Virus record (IMG/VR): IMGVR_UViG_3300027708_000051
Coordinates: 1-64,000 of that record
Source: a virus
Reading direction: 5' to 3' (one strand)
DNA: 64,000 bases
Shown here: positions 21,287-31,364 of the stretch, piece by piece
How positions within the stretch are numbered: the stretch's first letter is position 1
How the letters are laid out: each line of letters begins with the position of its first letter
Program-made: the position numbers and the translations under genes
The notes under the pieces: generated by a model
Databases searched by the model: none
What the model saw: the letters and a program-made list of their open reading frames with translations, nothing else
What the model was told of the DNA's origin: nothing

Positions 21287-24200
21287 ATGTCAAAGTCATA
21301 TAGAGTAAGAACGAAGGTTGGTGTCGATACTTCTTTAAAAGTATTAATAGAACAAGAATTCGAGCATTTAGAAATTCTATCCTTAAAAATTTTACAAAGT
21401 GATATCTACACGAGACAATGTTCCGATTATGGAGTTATTGTTGGTCGTGTTAGTGTTAATAATGGGTTTGGTATCCCAAATGCTAAAGTTTCTATCTTCA
21501 TTCCTATAGATAGTGTTGACCAAAAAAATCCAATTATATCTGAATTATATCCGTATACATCATTGTTAGTTAATAATGATGAGGGGTATAGATATAATTT
21601 ATTGCCTTATGTTAAATCATATAGTGCACACGTTCCAACCGGAACTTTCTTTACCAGAAATGATGTATTAACAGACCCTACTTTAATTGAAGTTTACGAC
21701 AAATATTATAAATATAATGCGGTAACTAATGAAAGTGGTGATTATATGATATTTGGAGTTCCTGTGGGTTCTCATACTATAGTTATGGATGTTGACTTAT
21801 CTGATATTGGTGAATTTTCATTGTCTCCTCAGGATTTAATTAGAATGGGTATTGCGACCGAAGCTCAAGTTTCCGGAACTAGTTTTAAATCGTCAAACAA
21901 TTTACGTGAATTACCTCAAATCATTAATCTTAGTAAATCTATTGAAGTGGAACCATTATGGGGTCAACCTGAAATTTGTAATTTAGGGATTACAAGAACA
22001 GATTTTGATTTAAGTAGTGAGGCTAATGTTGATATTAGACCTACGGCAATTTTTATGGGGTCAATAATTTCAGGTCCAAATAGTAGTTCAGTTACAACAG
22101 GATGTAGACCACCAAATAATTCAGGTCATTTATGTAATTTAACTGTGGGTCCTGGTGATATATTGTCAATTAGACAAACAATTAAACAAGATTCAAATGG
22201 TAGACCAATTTTAGAAAATTTTAGTTTAGAAAGTGGGGGTAAAGTTATTGATGAAAATGGGACTTGGTTAATTGATGTTCCAATGAATTTGGATTATTAC
22301 ACTACTAATGAGTTTGGTGAACAAGTTTTATCTAATGACCCTGAAGTAGGTATACCAACCAAAGGTAAATACAGATTTAAAGTTAAATGGTCTCAATCTC
22401 CATCATCAAGTGAACCGACAAAACGAGGTTATTTTTTAGTTCCAAACATTAAAGAATATAATGGTAATAATACTCAGAAATCGTATGCGTTCAGTGTTGA
22501 TTGGAATGATTATGCGTACACGGGTACAACATCTGATAATATATTAGCACAAAAAATTGTTCAAGAAGCTATTAATTGTGATGATAAATTTTATCTAATG
22601 CAATATAATAAAGTTTATACCGTATCACAATTTATTGATGGTGTCACGGCAGGTTCAGGAATAGAAAGATATGTTGGTATTAAAAATATATTAGACGAGA
22701 CTTGTTCGGGACTTAATAATAGATTCCCAACAAATGACGGTAATTTTAGATTTGATATTTTATATATCATTTTTATGTTTTTTAGTATTATATTAACACC
22801 GGTATTTTTTGCGTTAATATTATTACTTCATATTTTATATTTTGTAATTTGGTTAGTACGAGAATTTGTTATATACGTTTTTATTAGTTGGGCAATATAC
22901 CAATCGGTAAATGCTTTTATATTATCAGTTACTTCATATCCGGCATTAGGTTTAATATTTGGGTATGTTGCTTTAGGATTATTTTATCTTGGGTTAGCTG
23001 CGTTTTTTTATTGGTTGAAAAAACAATTAGACAAAATTGATTTAAGTGGGATAAAAGTTCCTATTTTAACATATCCGGATTGTGAGTTATGTTCTTGTAG
23101 TCCTGATTCACAAACTAGTTCTGAAGGAACTGATGATGGTACGGGGGCACAGGCTTTGGCAGCGACTAATCAAGCAAAACCTTGTCCATCAATAAAATCA
23201 GACAATGGGGTTACATCAATAACACTTTCTCCTGGTATATTGCAATTATTCAGTGTGGGTTCTTATTTGTTAAAACCAATAGGTCCTGAAAATTTACCAG
23301 GTCCTCCTTATTTACCTAATACAGGATTTTTACCTGAACGTATACCGGTATACTCTCAAGAATTTGCCGGATTATCATATGATAATCAATACGCTTCTGT
23401 AAATATTGGTGCTCCTTATTTAACTTTAGCTCAAAGTTCTAATCCTGATTTAAGTAGATATGTTTACACCACTAGTCTACCATTACCGGATAGAATTAAT
23501 TTATTTAATGTTAAGGCGAAATATTTTGATTCATCGGCATTTAATCCGGGTGGTGGTGTAAATAGAATTTCTGTTAATTTTAATCCTCAACAATCAGAAT
23601 TTCACACTGATAATACAGTTGTAATTATTTGTGATAAAGCGTCTATTCAAAATTTATCCGTAGGTACTATGGTTGCATTCCAAAATCCGACAATAAGTAA
23701 CGATGTTAATTTAACGGGTGGAACTACAAATGTTTATGGTAACAATGCGATTACTGGTTTTACAACAACAGGGTTGAGTAATGTTACTGTAAACTATGCT
23801 AACCCTAATGGTTCAGGTAATTTACAAAAAACATACTCAGTTAATATAACGGCGACTACCACAAACACATATCATAAGTTTCCTACTGATATGGAGTATT
23901 TTCAAGTAATTACTGCGATGACATATAGTCAATTTAGTAGTCAATGTAATCCTTCATCTAGTCCTGATTCATTAAATAATCGTTACATAAATAATACAAC
24001 ATTACTTGGGCAAGAATATTTGGATGGTTTTGGTTATTACTTTTGGCATTTGAATTATTTTCATAGAGATAATGTCACACTTAGACCTATGGATTATGTT
24101 AAAGATAAAAACGAAGTTTGTGTTTTAATATTAAATAGAGGTGTTGACCCTTATACCCCTAAAGTACCGATTGAGTATGGTTTGGGTAAATTATTTGGAT

Positions 24201-26593
24201 ACACTAATGAGGGTGATAAAAAGGTAAAAGGTTTTTATCATATGAACATTCCTATTCAAGGGAGTTATAAAAATATAAGTCATTTAAGTTCTAATTTAAC
24301 CAATAGTAATATTAATACAGATTCTTATTCGGGTCAAAAATTATATTTTAATTCATTTTCGTATCATCCTGAACTAACAACAACTTTTGGACCAATAACG
24401 GGTTATACTGGTGGAACGGCTTATGTTTATACAGGTCCTATAAATTCAGGATATTCAGGGTTTAATTCTAATTTAATTAGTTATTATTCAAGTATGGATA
24501 ATAACTCATATAATACTTTTGCACCTAATTGTGGAGGTGTTATTAATAATGCTCACGGTAATATAGACCAATATGTGGCATTACAAGATTTTAGTCACGG
24601 TTTAAAAGTTAGTTCTAATAATCATTTTAGTTGGATAATTATTGAAGATACATTTAATTTTTATGGTATTTTATTTGATACTAACATATTAAATGGTAAT
24701 TATGTATATTCACCTAATACAGGTTATAATCAAGGATATTTCCCTAATGAAATAATTGAAGGTGGTCCTGTTATGTATACTAATTTGGATTTAGGTGATG
24801 TTGTTTGGTATGATGGTGATGATAACCAACACAACCCAACACGTCTATTTAATACTTCAAGTGCTCCATTTTATGTTACATCAACTTACTACACACCTAT
24901 GTATAATACAACAGGTAATACGTTATCATTCTCATCAGGATTAAACGGAAATCAAATAGTAATGAGAGGTGATAGATTACCAACATCAACAAGTGTTGAG
25001 GAATATTGTTGTAATGGTATGGTTTTACAAAAAAATACTAAATTTCAAATTTTCTTAATTCCTGAGGACGGGGTTATTGGTATTAACAGTAGTCAGAATT
25101 CAACTGGAAGTGCTAGTTCAGGTGATTATGCCGCGGTTCATAATGATTTGGCGGGCTCAACAGGTATTATTAAAGTTTTTGATTCATTTACTTGTAATGG
25201 TTCTGTTAACTTAGAGTGTTATAATTGTAAAAGAGCTCCGGGAACATATAATGGAACAATTGAGATTAAAGACCATCCTTGTCAAGAATTTAATGGTAAA
25301 ACAATTTTTGAATATGGGTGTTATAAATTTGTGACAACAATATTTATATCGTTACTTGAAGATTGGAAATTAATGTTTGAGTGGATTGCTCGAAATATGG
25401 TAATGCTTGGCGCTTGTAGAAATGTGTTTTCACATAGATTCATTAACAATTGGATTAACGGTACTTTATACGCATTTCCATTTAAAAATGAAATTATTGG
25501 ATATACCTCACCAACTAGTGCAACACCAAATCAACCAATTCCTAGTTACTGTGATAGAACAGTTATATATCATTATCAAACAAAAAACTTTTATTATAGA
25601 AGTACATTATATAATCCAACAACAAATGAATTTGAAGTGAGAGGTGGTGATAAAGATTTAGGTTTCCCAACAACAATTATGGATTTAGGACCGAGAGCTG
25701 ATTATATACAAGAATTGGTTATGTCTGATGAATATGATGGTTATATTGCAAATAAATTAGATACATCTTCTTATGGTACGGTAGATGATATTCTTAATTT
25801 ATTTATAGTAAGCAGATTTATGGACCAAACATTCTTAAAAACATTGCTTGGGTCTTTAAATATTTTAGCATACTTTTCAAATAGTAGACCAAGTAGAGGG
25901 GTTGGTGGTGCTAATTTACAAATTGATGCGGATTATGCTCAATTAATATCAATTAACTCAGAATTAGGTGTTGCACCATTTTTACCTGGAAATTATCCTG
26001 ATGACCCGGACCCGACAAAACAGAATCCAATTTTCTTTGATTGTGATAATGTTTTAGGTATTTTCTTTTCATCAGATACTCAGTTAAGAGATTATATTAC
26101 ACCAAAAAGAACTATTATTAATCCTTCGGGTACAACTACAAGTATTTGTACATTTAGTAATTTTCCGGTGTATTCACAAAGGGTTCCACTTTCTCAATGG
26201 AGAATAGAGTCTAATGTTGGTAGTCCCGCAGATTCTATTTTTGGTCATCAATATAACAATTGGGATTTTAGTGTTAGTGGAGGTACTACAATATTTTCAC
26301 ATAAGTATCAATCATTAGATAGGTTATTAGGTGAATCAAGATATTTTAGAAGTAATGGTACTCAAGTACAGTATGATAAAGGTTATATCTATGCTGTTGA
26401 TAATGGGTCTGTAAATCCACCATCACCACCACATATATCTGCCGACCCAACATATTGGAATCAAAATAGTGTGGATATTCAATTAGTAACTGTTGGTGCA
26501 CCATTTCATTTTTATTTTGGGTTAAGACGAGGGGCGTCAGCTTTTGATAGATTTAGAACTAAATGGATAAACACAAGTAATATAGTAAATTAA
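21287..26593 (+). CDS. Large virion-associated protein with N-terminal carboxypeptidase-regulatory-like beta domain and internal transmembrane bundle
   Basis: 1768 aa; GVIVGRV...IPNAKVSIF...TNESGDYMIFGVPVG; about 90-aa hydrophobic stretch at 22751-23017; Cys-rich. Confidence 0.55.
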   Translation: MSKSYRVRTKVGVDTSLKVLIEQEFEHLEILSLKILQSDIYTRQCSDYGVIVGRVSVNNGFGIPNAKVSIFIPIDSVDQKNPIISELYPYTSLLVNNDEGYRYNLLPYVKSYSAHVPTGTFFTRNDVLTDPTLIEVYDKYYKYNAVTNESGDYMIFGVPVGSHTIVMDVDLSDIGEFSLSPQDLIRMGIATEAQVSGTSFKSSNNLRELPQIINLSKSIEVEPLWGQPEICNLGITRTDFDLSSEANVDIRPTAIFMGSIISGPNSSSVTTGCRPPNNSGHLCNLTVGPGDILSIRQTIKQDSNGRPILENFSLESGGKVIDENGTWLIDVPMNLDYYTTNEFGEQVLSNDPEVGIPTKGKYRFKVKWSQSPSSSEPTKRGYFLVPNIKEYNGNNTQKSYAFSVDWNDYAYTGTTSDNILAQKIVQEAINCDDKFYLMQYNKVYTVSQFIDGVTAGSGIERYVGIKNILDETCSGLNNRFPTNDGNFRFDILYIIFMFFSIILTPVFFALILLLHILYFVIWLVREFVIYVFISWAIYQSVNAFILSVTSYPALGLIFGYVALGLFYLGLAAFFYWLKKQLDKIDLSGIKVPILTYPDCELCSCSPDSQTSSEGTDDGTGAQALAATNQAKPCPSIKSDNGVTSITLSPGILQLFSVGSYLLKPIGPENLPGPPYLPNTGFLPERIPVYSQEFAGLSYDNQYASVNIGAPYLTLAQSSNPDLSRYVYTTSLPLPDRINLFNVKAKYFDSSAFNPGGGVNRISVNFNPQQSEFHTDNTVVIICDKASIQNLSVGTMVAFQNPTISNDVNLTGGTTNVYGNNAITGFTTTGLSNVTVNYANPNGSGNLQKTYSVNITATTTNTYHKFPTDMEYFQVITAMTYSQFSSQCNPSSSPDSLNNRYINNTTLLGQEYLDGFGYYFWHLNYFHRDNVTLRPMDYVKDKNEVCVLILNRGVDPYTPKVPIEYGLGKLFGYTNEGDKKVKGFYHMNIPIQGSYKNISHLSSNLTNSNINTDSYSGQKLYFNSFSYHPELTTTFGPITGYTGGTAYVYTGPINSGYSGFNSNLISYYSSMDNNSYNTFAPNCGGVINNAHGNIDQYVALQDFSHGLKVSSNNHFSWIIIEDTFNFYGILFDTNILNGNYVYSPNTGYNQGYFPNEIIEGGPVMYTNLDLGDVVWYDGDDNQHNPTRLFNTSSAPFYVTSTYYTPMYNTTGNTLSFSSGLNGNQIVMRGDRLPTSTSVEEYCCNGMVLQKNTKFQIFLIPEDGVIGINSSQNSTGSASSGDYAAVHNDLAGSTGIIKVFDSFTCNGSVNLECYNCKRAPGTYNGTIEIKDHPCQEFNGKTIFEYGCYKFVTTIFISLLEDWKLMFEWIARNMVMLGACRNVFSHRFINNWINGTLYAFPFKNEIIGYTSPTSATPNQPIPSYCDRTVIYHYQTKNFYYRSTLYNPTTNEFEVRGGDKDLGFPTTIMDLGPRADYIQELVMSDEYDGYIANKLDTSSYGTVDDILNLFIVSRFMDQTFLKTLLGSLNILAYFSNSRPSRGVGGANLQIDADYAQLISINSELGVAPFLPGNYPDDPDPTKQNPIFFDCDNVLGIFFSSDTQLRDYITPKRTIINPSGTTTSICTFSNFPVYSQRVPLSQWRIESNVGSPADSIFGHQYNNWDFSVSGGTTIFSHKYQSLDRLLGESRYFRSNGTQVQYDKGYIYAVDNGSVNPPSPPHISADPTYWNQNSVDIQLVTVGAPFHFYFGLRRGASAFDRFRTKWINTSNIVN

Positions 26594-26594
26594 A

Positions 26595-28397
26595 ATGGAT
26601 GATATTAGAATTGTTTTAGGTTCATTAAGATATAAAACGGCAACAAATACCAATTTATCAATACCGACACCATTAGTTCAAAATTCAAAAAATTTACAAG
26701 AATTTGATAGAAGTATTGATGTTAATCTGGCTCAATTATTTGATGATGAAAGACAAAAATCAACAACATTTAGACCTGTTTGTAAATTTCAGTTATTATA
26801 TGAAAATGCTTATACAGGTTCAACGAAATATGAACCATTAAAGAATAATTTATATTATATAAATGAAGCGGGATTAACAATAAAACAATGTGGTCTTAAT
26901 GGGGCGGCTATTGCTTGGGAAGGATTTCCACAATATTATGAGTTTGATTTTATTCGTAGTGATTATAATGTTAGTGGTTATACACAACCACCAAACAATC
27001 ATATAAATTTTGTATCAAAAAGTGCGTCAACATACAATTGGAATTTTTTTGTTAGTTATCCTTATCAAAATTCGTATAGTAAAGTTTTAGAATATTATGA
27101 TGGTGTACATTCTCAAGCGGTTCAATGGACGATTTCTGATGGAATTCCATTTGTAATTAAATCAACTGACACATTTGTTAATGGTAACAAAGTTGTAAGA
27201 TTTGTGTGTCCGGTTAAACACGGATTATCAGTTAGTGAATTTGCTAAAATTAAAATTGTTGTTAATGGTGTGGTGACCACAAATGAAACATTTCAAGTAT
27301 TTGAATTAGGTGATGGTCTGCCGGGAACTGAAGAATATGTGTTTAACATTTATGACATTGGATTTCCTTCTGGTAAATTTGTTTCAGGATATAATGGAAC
27401 CTTTAAACGAATTATTAATAATGAAAACCCTAATGATACAACATCAAAGTATTATGTGTTGCAGCATAAATTATTAACTAATGTTGACGATGCGGTAATG
27501 GTAAACGCTGGTTTTGAACAAAATATTTTTGGTAGAAAAAAGAAGTTTGAAAGTCCTGCTTATACACCAAACGATGTTAAAAGAGTTTCAATTAAGGAAG
27601 GTGCACAATCATATAGTTTATCATTTAATAAAGATATTGATGTGAGTGTGTTAAGAGATAATCAAAAAAGACCAATAACTGAGTTGTATATTACAACATT
27701 ATGGAAAGGTTATTTTGGGTTAACATTAGGTAATTCGGGTTTAAAACAAGGATATGAATTTAATTTACCGCTATCACCTTTAAAGTTTCCAAGTAGTTGG
27801 TGGTCGTCAATTAATTCATTATCAAATTTTGTTGATGAAAATAATCAACCATATCCGTTAGGTACTTTAATTCCGGCGACACTTACCACATATACTTTTA
27901 AATACTTACAATCGTTAAAAGAGGGTGATGTTGTTGATGGTGGAATTTATGAATGGAATGATTATGAACAAAAAGAAAGGATAATTAGTGATATCTCTCA
28001 TAAATTCACTTATAACTCTTTTGTTTTTGACATTGGTTGTGGTAATCAATGTTCTAATCAATTAGGTTATTATTATCAACCACATAATAAAATTAAAATT
28101 AGAGATTATTCTGATTATATAGAGACCGGTAGTATTAAGAATATGGAGGATGTTCCGGATTATTCTTATTTCTCAACAACTTACAATTCTTTTATTTGGA
28201 GAGATTTATATACCTATGGATTTAAAGATAACAGTGGTAATGGTGTTGACTACCCATTTTTAAATGGAAAACATTACCCATATGCTAATTTTATTTTTAG
28301 AATAATACCTGAAGGAACTAATTATATAGAAAGTAGTTTACATAATTATGCAACTCTTTACGGAGCTGCAGAACCAACAAACGATAATTGTGAATAA
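26595..28397 (+). CDS. Virion structural protein (hypothetical, 600 aa)
   Basis: Tightly coupled ORF in the baseplate operon. Confidence 0.55.
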   Translation: MDDIRIVLGSLRYKTATNTNLSIPTPLVQNSKNLQEFDRSIDVNLAQLFDDERQKSTTFRPVCKFQLLYENAYTGSTKYEPLKNNLYYINEAGLTIKQCGLNGAAIAWEGFPQYYEFDFIRSDYNVSGYTQPPNNHINFVSKSASTYNWNFFVSYPYQNSYSKVLEYYDGVHSQAVQWTISDGIPFVIKSTDTFVNGNKVVRFVCPVKHGLSVSEFAKIKIVVNGVVTTNETFQVFELGDGLPGTEEYVFNIYDIGFPSGKFVSGYNGTFKRIINNENPNDTTSKYYVLQHKLLTNVDDAVMVNAGFEQNIFGRKKKFESPAYTPNDVKRVSIKEGAQSYSLSFNKDIDVSVLRDNQKRPITELYITTLWKGYFGLTLGNSGLKQGYEFNLPLSPLKFPSSWWSSINSLSNFVDENNQPYPLGTLIPATLTTYTFKYLQSLKEGDVVDGGIYEWNDYEQKERIISDISHKFTYNSFVFDIGCGNQCSNQLGYYYQPHNKIKIRDYSDYIETGSIKNMEDVPDYSYFSTTYNSFIWRDLYTYGFKDNSGNGVDYPFLNGKHYPYANFIFRIIPEGTNYIESSLHNYATLYGAAEPTNDNCE

Positions 28398-29220
28398 TAA
28401 TAGTTATAAATTTACCTTACCAAAAGGAAACGACAAATATATTAATATACCTGTTGAAATTAAATGGGATATGATTGGACAAGATGACGCTGTTGAGGAA
28501 TATCAACAGAACGTTGTTGAAGAGGTTGTTGGTTTTCCTGGTGATTTTGAAATTTTAAGATTTGCTCACGCACCATACAGTAGTGATACAAAAACTGACA
28601 TTAAATATGATTTTCATTTTTTTAGTGTTAATGGAGGTGTTCCACCAAATCCATCTTCAGATATTTTAAATCCAAGTGTTAACGCAACTAATTGGAAGAT
28701 TAGTTATATTCCTGAAGGATTTTTAACAACAGAAATTTATTATTATGTAAAACCATTTACCAAGTCATTTTTTAAATTGGATTTTTACGATAGTAAAGAC
28801 GCTATCACTCAAACAAATTATTTCACAGTAATATTACCCGTTCAACAGGGGTTTACTGTTACTGCGGCGACCACATCGTATCAACCTCCGGTTAATATTA
28901 AAACACCGTCATTTAAATTGGATTATGTTGGTGATAAAGAAGGATTCTTTTTATATTGGTTAAGAAACACAAAATTCTTAGACATTAGTAAATTTTATAT
29001 GACGGCAAAATTCTTTGATGCTCGATTAGGTGTTTTTGTTAAAATGACTAATACGCCACAAAGTAATATTCCTGCTAAATTTAGATTTAATCCTGAGGAC
29101 TTTTTTTATTATGAGGTTAGGTTAAATTATTCAAATAAGACGTATGAAGTTTGGGATAGTAGTAGTAATAGAGCGGGAACTGCAAGTTCAATAAAATGGT
29201 ATGAATACGTAAATCCATAA
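28390..29220 (+). CDS. Virion structural protein (hypothetical)
   Basis: Likely GTG start 28390 overlapping the upstream gene end; ORF track start 28348. Confidence 0.5.
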   Translation: MNNNSYKFTLPKGNDKYINIPVEIKWDMIGQDDAVEEYQQNVVEEVVGFPGDFEILRFAHAPYSSDTKTDIKYDFHFFSVNGGVPPNPSSDILNPSVNATNWKISYIPEGFLTTEIYYYVKPFTKSFFKLDFYDSKDAITQTNYFTVILPVQQGFTVTAATTSYQPPVNIKTPSFKLDYVGDKEGFFLYWLRNTKFLDISKFYMTAKFFDARLGVFVKMTNTPQSNIPAKFRFNPEDFFYYEVRLNYSNKTYEVWDSSSNRAGTASSIKWYEYVNP

Positions 29221-29221
29221 T

Positions 29222-30454
29222 ATGACAGAAAGAGATTATCATATTAAAATATCACCGGAATTTATTAGTGGAGACATTTTTAAAGTCACTTACAACGCAG
29301 GAACTATAACCGGAACCGGAATAGTTAATAAGTGTTGTGTTATCCCTGCAGAGACGTTTAAAATTGATTTGACGGGGACATCTTATGTCTATTCATCAAT
29401 GACTGCGGTATTATCGGGTGGAACAAATACATCTAATGTCTCAAAAGTAACACTTCAACCAGGTACATCATTGTTAACAGGATTAACAATCCCAATATTA
29501 TTGACCGAAAATACAATAGACATTGGGTATTATTCAGTTTTTGATGGTATGGTGTTACAACAAGACACTATGTTGAATTTTGTATTTTCAGGAGATAGTG
29601 TTTCACCATATCAATGTTATTTTTATAATACATCCGATACTGAATTTAAAAAGTATTTGGAATTTTCAACATATATGATTGATTGGGGGGATGGTTCAAC
29701 ACCTCAATCAGTAACATCGACATCACCTTTATCGCATCCTTATCCTCAAGTAACTACAGGTCAGACGTATAATATTGTTCTGTCGGGTATGAGTCCTTGG
29801 GGAACAAATATAATTAAAAAAACCATATATGTACCATTTACAGGTGCGACAATAACAAATAAAAATGGGACGGCTCACTTCCAACCGGCAGGTGGTAATT
29901 GGTCCAATACATTATTATCATATGATTATATATTCAGTGGTGATTCAAGTTGTAATGCTACGACAGATGATATATGGTTATTTAACACAGGGAATGTCCA
30001 ACCATTTACAGGTCAATCAGTTCCTTTCTTAATAACCGGATATACAACTTCATCGTTAAGTGATTTAAAACAGTACGGAACAGTAACATATAAACCGGGT
30101 ATTCAAGTAACTGGAAATACAGGTATGATTGGTACTTATTCCGGTGTAAGTTTAGATGGTTTATATACTGCCTATACAATTAATGATATTGATTACTATG
30201 ATTGGTCTGATGGGACAACAATTTTTGTTGCAAAATCTTCAGGTTTAACTTCTAATATGGTGGTTTGTGAACCAATAGTGAAAAATGAATTATTATTAGG
30301 GGTAATTGACGAGGCAGAAGTGCAATCCAATATATTTATAGAACGAGGGAAGAACTCAGCACTTGAGAGAGTTGAAAGATTGGGTGAGGTTGACAACGTA
30401 GGTGACTTAGTCAAATACGGGTATAAATTTTTTAATGTAAATACTAAAATATAA
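29222..30454 (+). CDS. Virion structural protein with PKD/Ig-like domain
   Basis: YMIDWGDGS...LSHPY...YNIVL is a PKD-type motif. Confidence 0.55.
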   Translation: MTERDYHIKISPEFISGDIFKVTYNAGTITGTGIVNKCCVIPAETFKIDLTGTSYVYSSMTAVLSGGTNTSNVSKVTLQPGTSLLTGLTIPILLTENTIDIGYYSVFDGMVLQQDTMLNFVFSGDSVSPYQCYFYNTSDTEFKKYLEFSTYMIDWGDGSTPQSVTSTSPLSHPYPQVTTGQTYNIVLSGMSPWGTNIIKKTIYVPFTGATITNKNGTAHFQPAGGNWSNTLLSYDYIFSGDSSCNATTDDIWLFNTGNVQPFTGQSVPFLITGYTTSSLSDLKQYGTVTYKPGIQVTGNTGMIGTYSGVSLDGLYTAYTINDIDYYDWSDGTTIFVAKSSGLTSNMVVCEPIVKNELLLGVIDEAEVQSNIFIERGKNSALERVERLGEVDNVGDLVKYGYKFFNVNTKI

Positions 30455-30455
30455 T

Positions 30456-31364
30456 ATGGCTACAGGAACATATGGAACAATAAGACCGGCTGACGTAAGT
30501 CCGGAAGATGTTGAGATAATTTTAAATTATACACCATCAAGAGATGAAACAGATAATTTTGTCTTAACAAAGTTAGATGCGTTATCTATATTAAAACCTT
30601 ATTATAACAATACTAATACTGGTGTAAGTAACGGTATTGAAATATTAGGTGGTTTATATAATTTAAAACTACCTGCAGAACAATTTAATCAAATTGGGAT
30701 TTACACAATTTTTATTAGACCTGCTCAAATAAGAACTACAATATTAGATTGTGGGGTTTTATCTGCACTTCCTAATGTTAAGGGTTTAATTTTTGATTTA
30801 AATCAAGTACCTGCTACATATAGAAACAAATTTGTTAATCAAGGGTTGGTTGGTTTTAGAATTGAATATTTAAATGCTGATGGAACAAAAATACCTAATT
30901 TTTTTAGAATTATAACGTCATCATTTTTTTGTGAACCGGTTGTACAAAATTTAACAAATTCATCACAAAAATCTATAAGATACAAATATACTGATAACAA
31001 CACTAATTTATTATTTTGCACATTATCACCATCTTCGGCACCAACAAATAAGCCAAACGCGACACCGTATATTGGTCAACCAAATCAAAATGTGATTATT
31101 ACAAATACTTTTTTCAACCCAATAACTTTAGATGTTGAAATCGCAGAACACGATTTCTCAACATTGGCTATTGCTCTTTACGGTAATCAAACTAAATCTA
31201 TGGATGACGGTATCTACACATTATATGATACTAATGATAATATATACAAACAATATAACTTATATGAAATTAGAGACCAATTTAATGAGTTATTATATGA
31301 GGTAAGACAAGATAGAGGAAATAATATAGATTTTAGTAAAAACTTTACAAATATAACTCAATAA
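30456..31364 (+). CDS. Virion structural protein (hypothetical, 302 aa)
   Basis: Coupled ORF in the baseplate operon. Confidence 0.55.
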   Translation: MATGTYGTIRPADVSPEDVEIILNYTPSRDETDNFVLTKLDALSILKPYYNNTNTGVSNGIEILGGLYNLKLPAEQFNQIGIYTIFIRPAQIRTTILDCGVLSALPNVKGLIFDLNQVPATYRNKFVNQGLVGFRIEYLNADGTKIPNFFRIITSSFFCEPVVQNLTNSSQKSIRYKYTDNNTNLLFCTLSPSSAPTNKPNATPYIGQPNQNVIITNTFFNPITLDVEIAEHDFSTLAIALYGNQTKSMDDGIYTLYDTNDNIYKQYNLYEIRDQFNELLYEVRQDRGNNIDFSKNFTNITQ

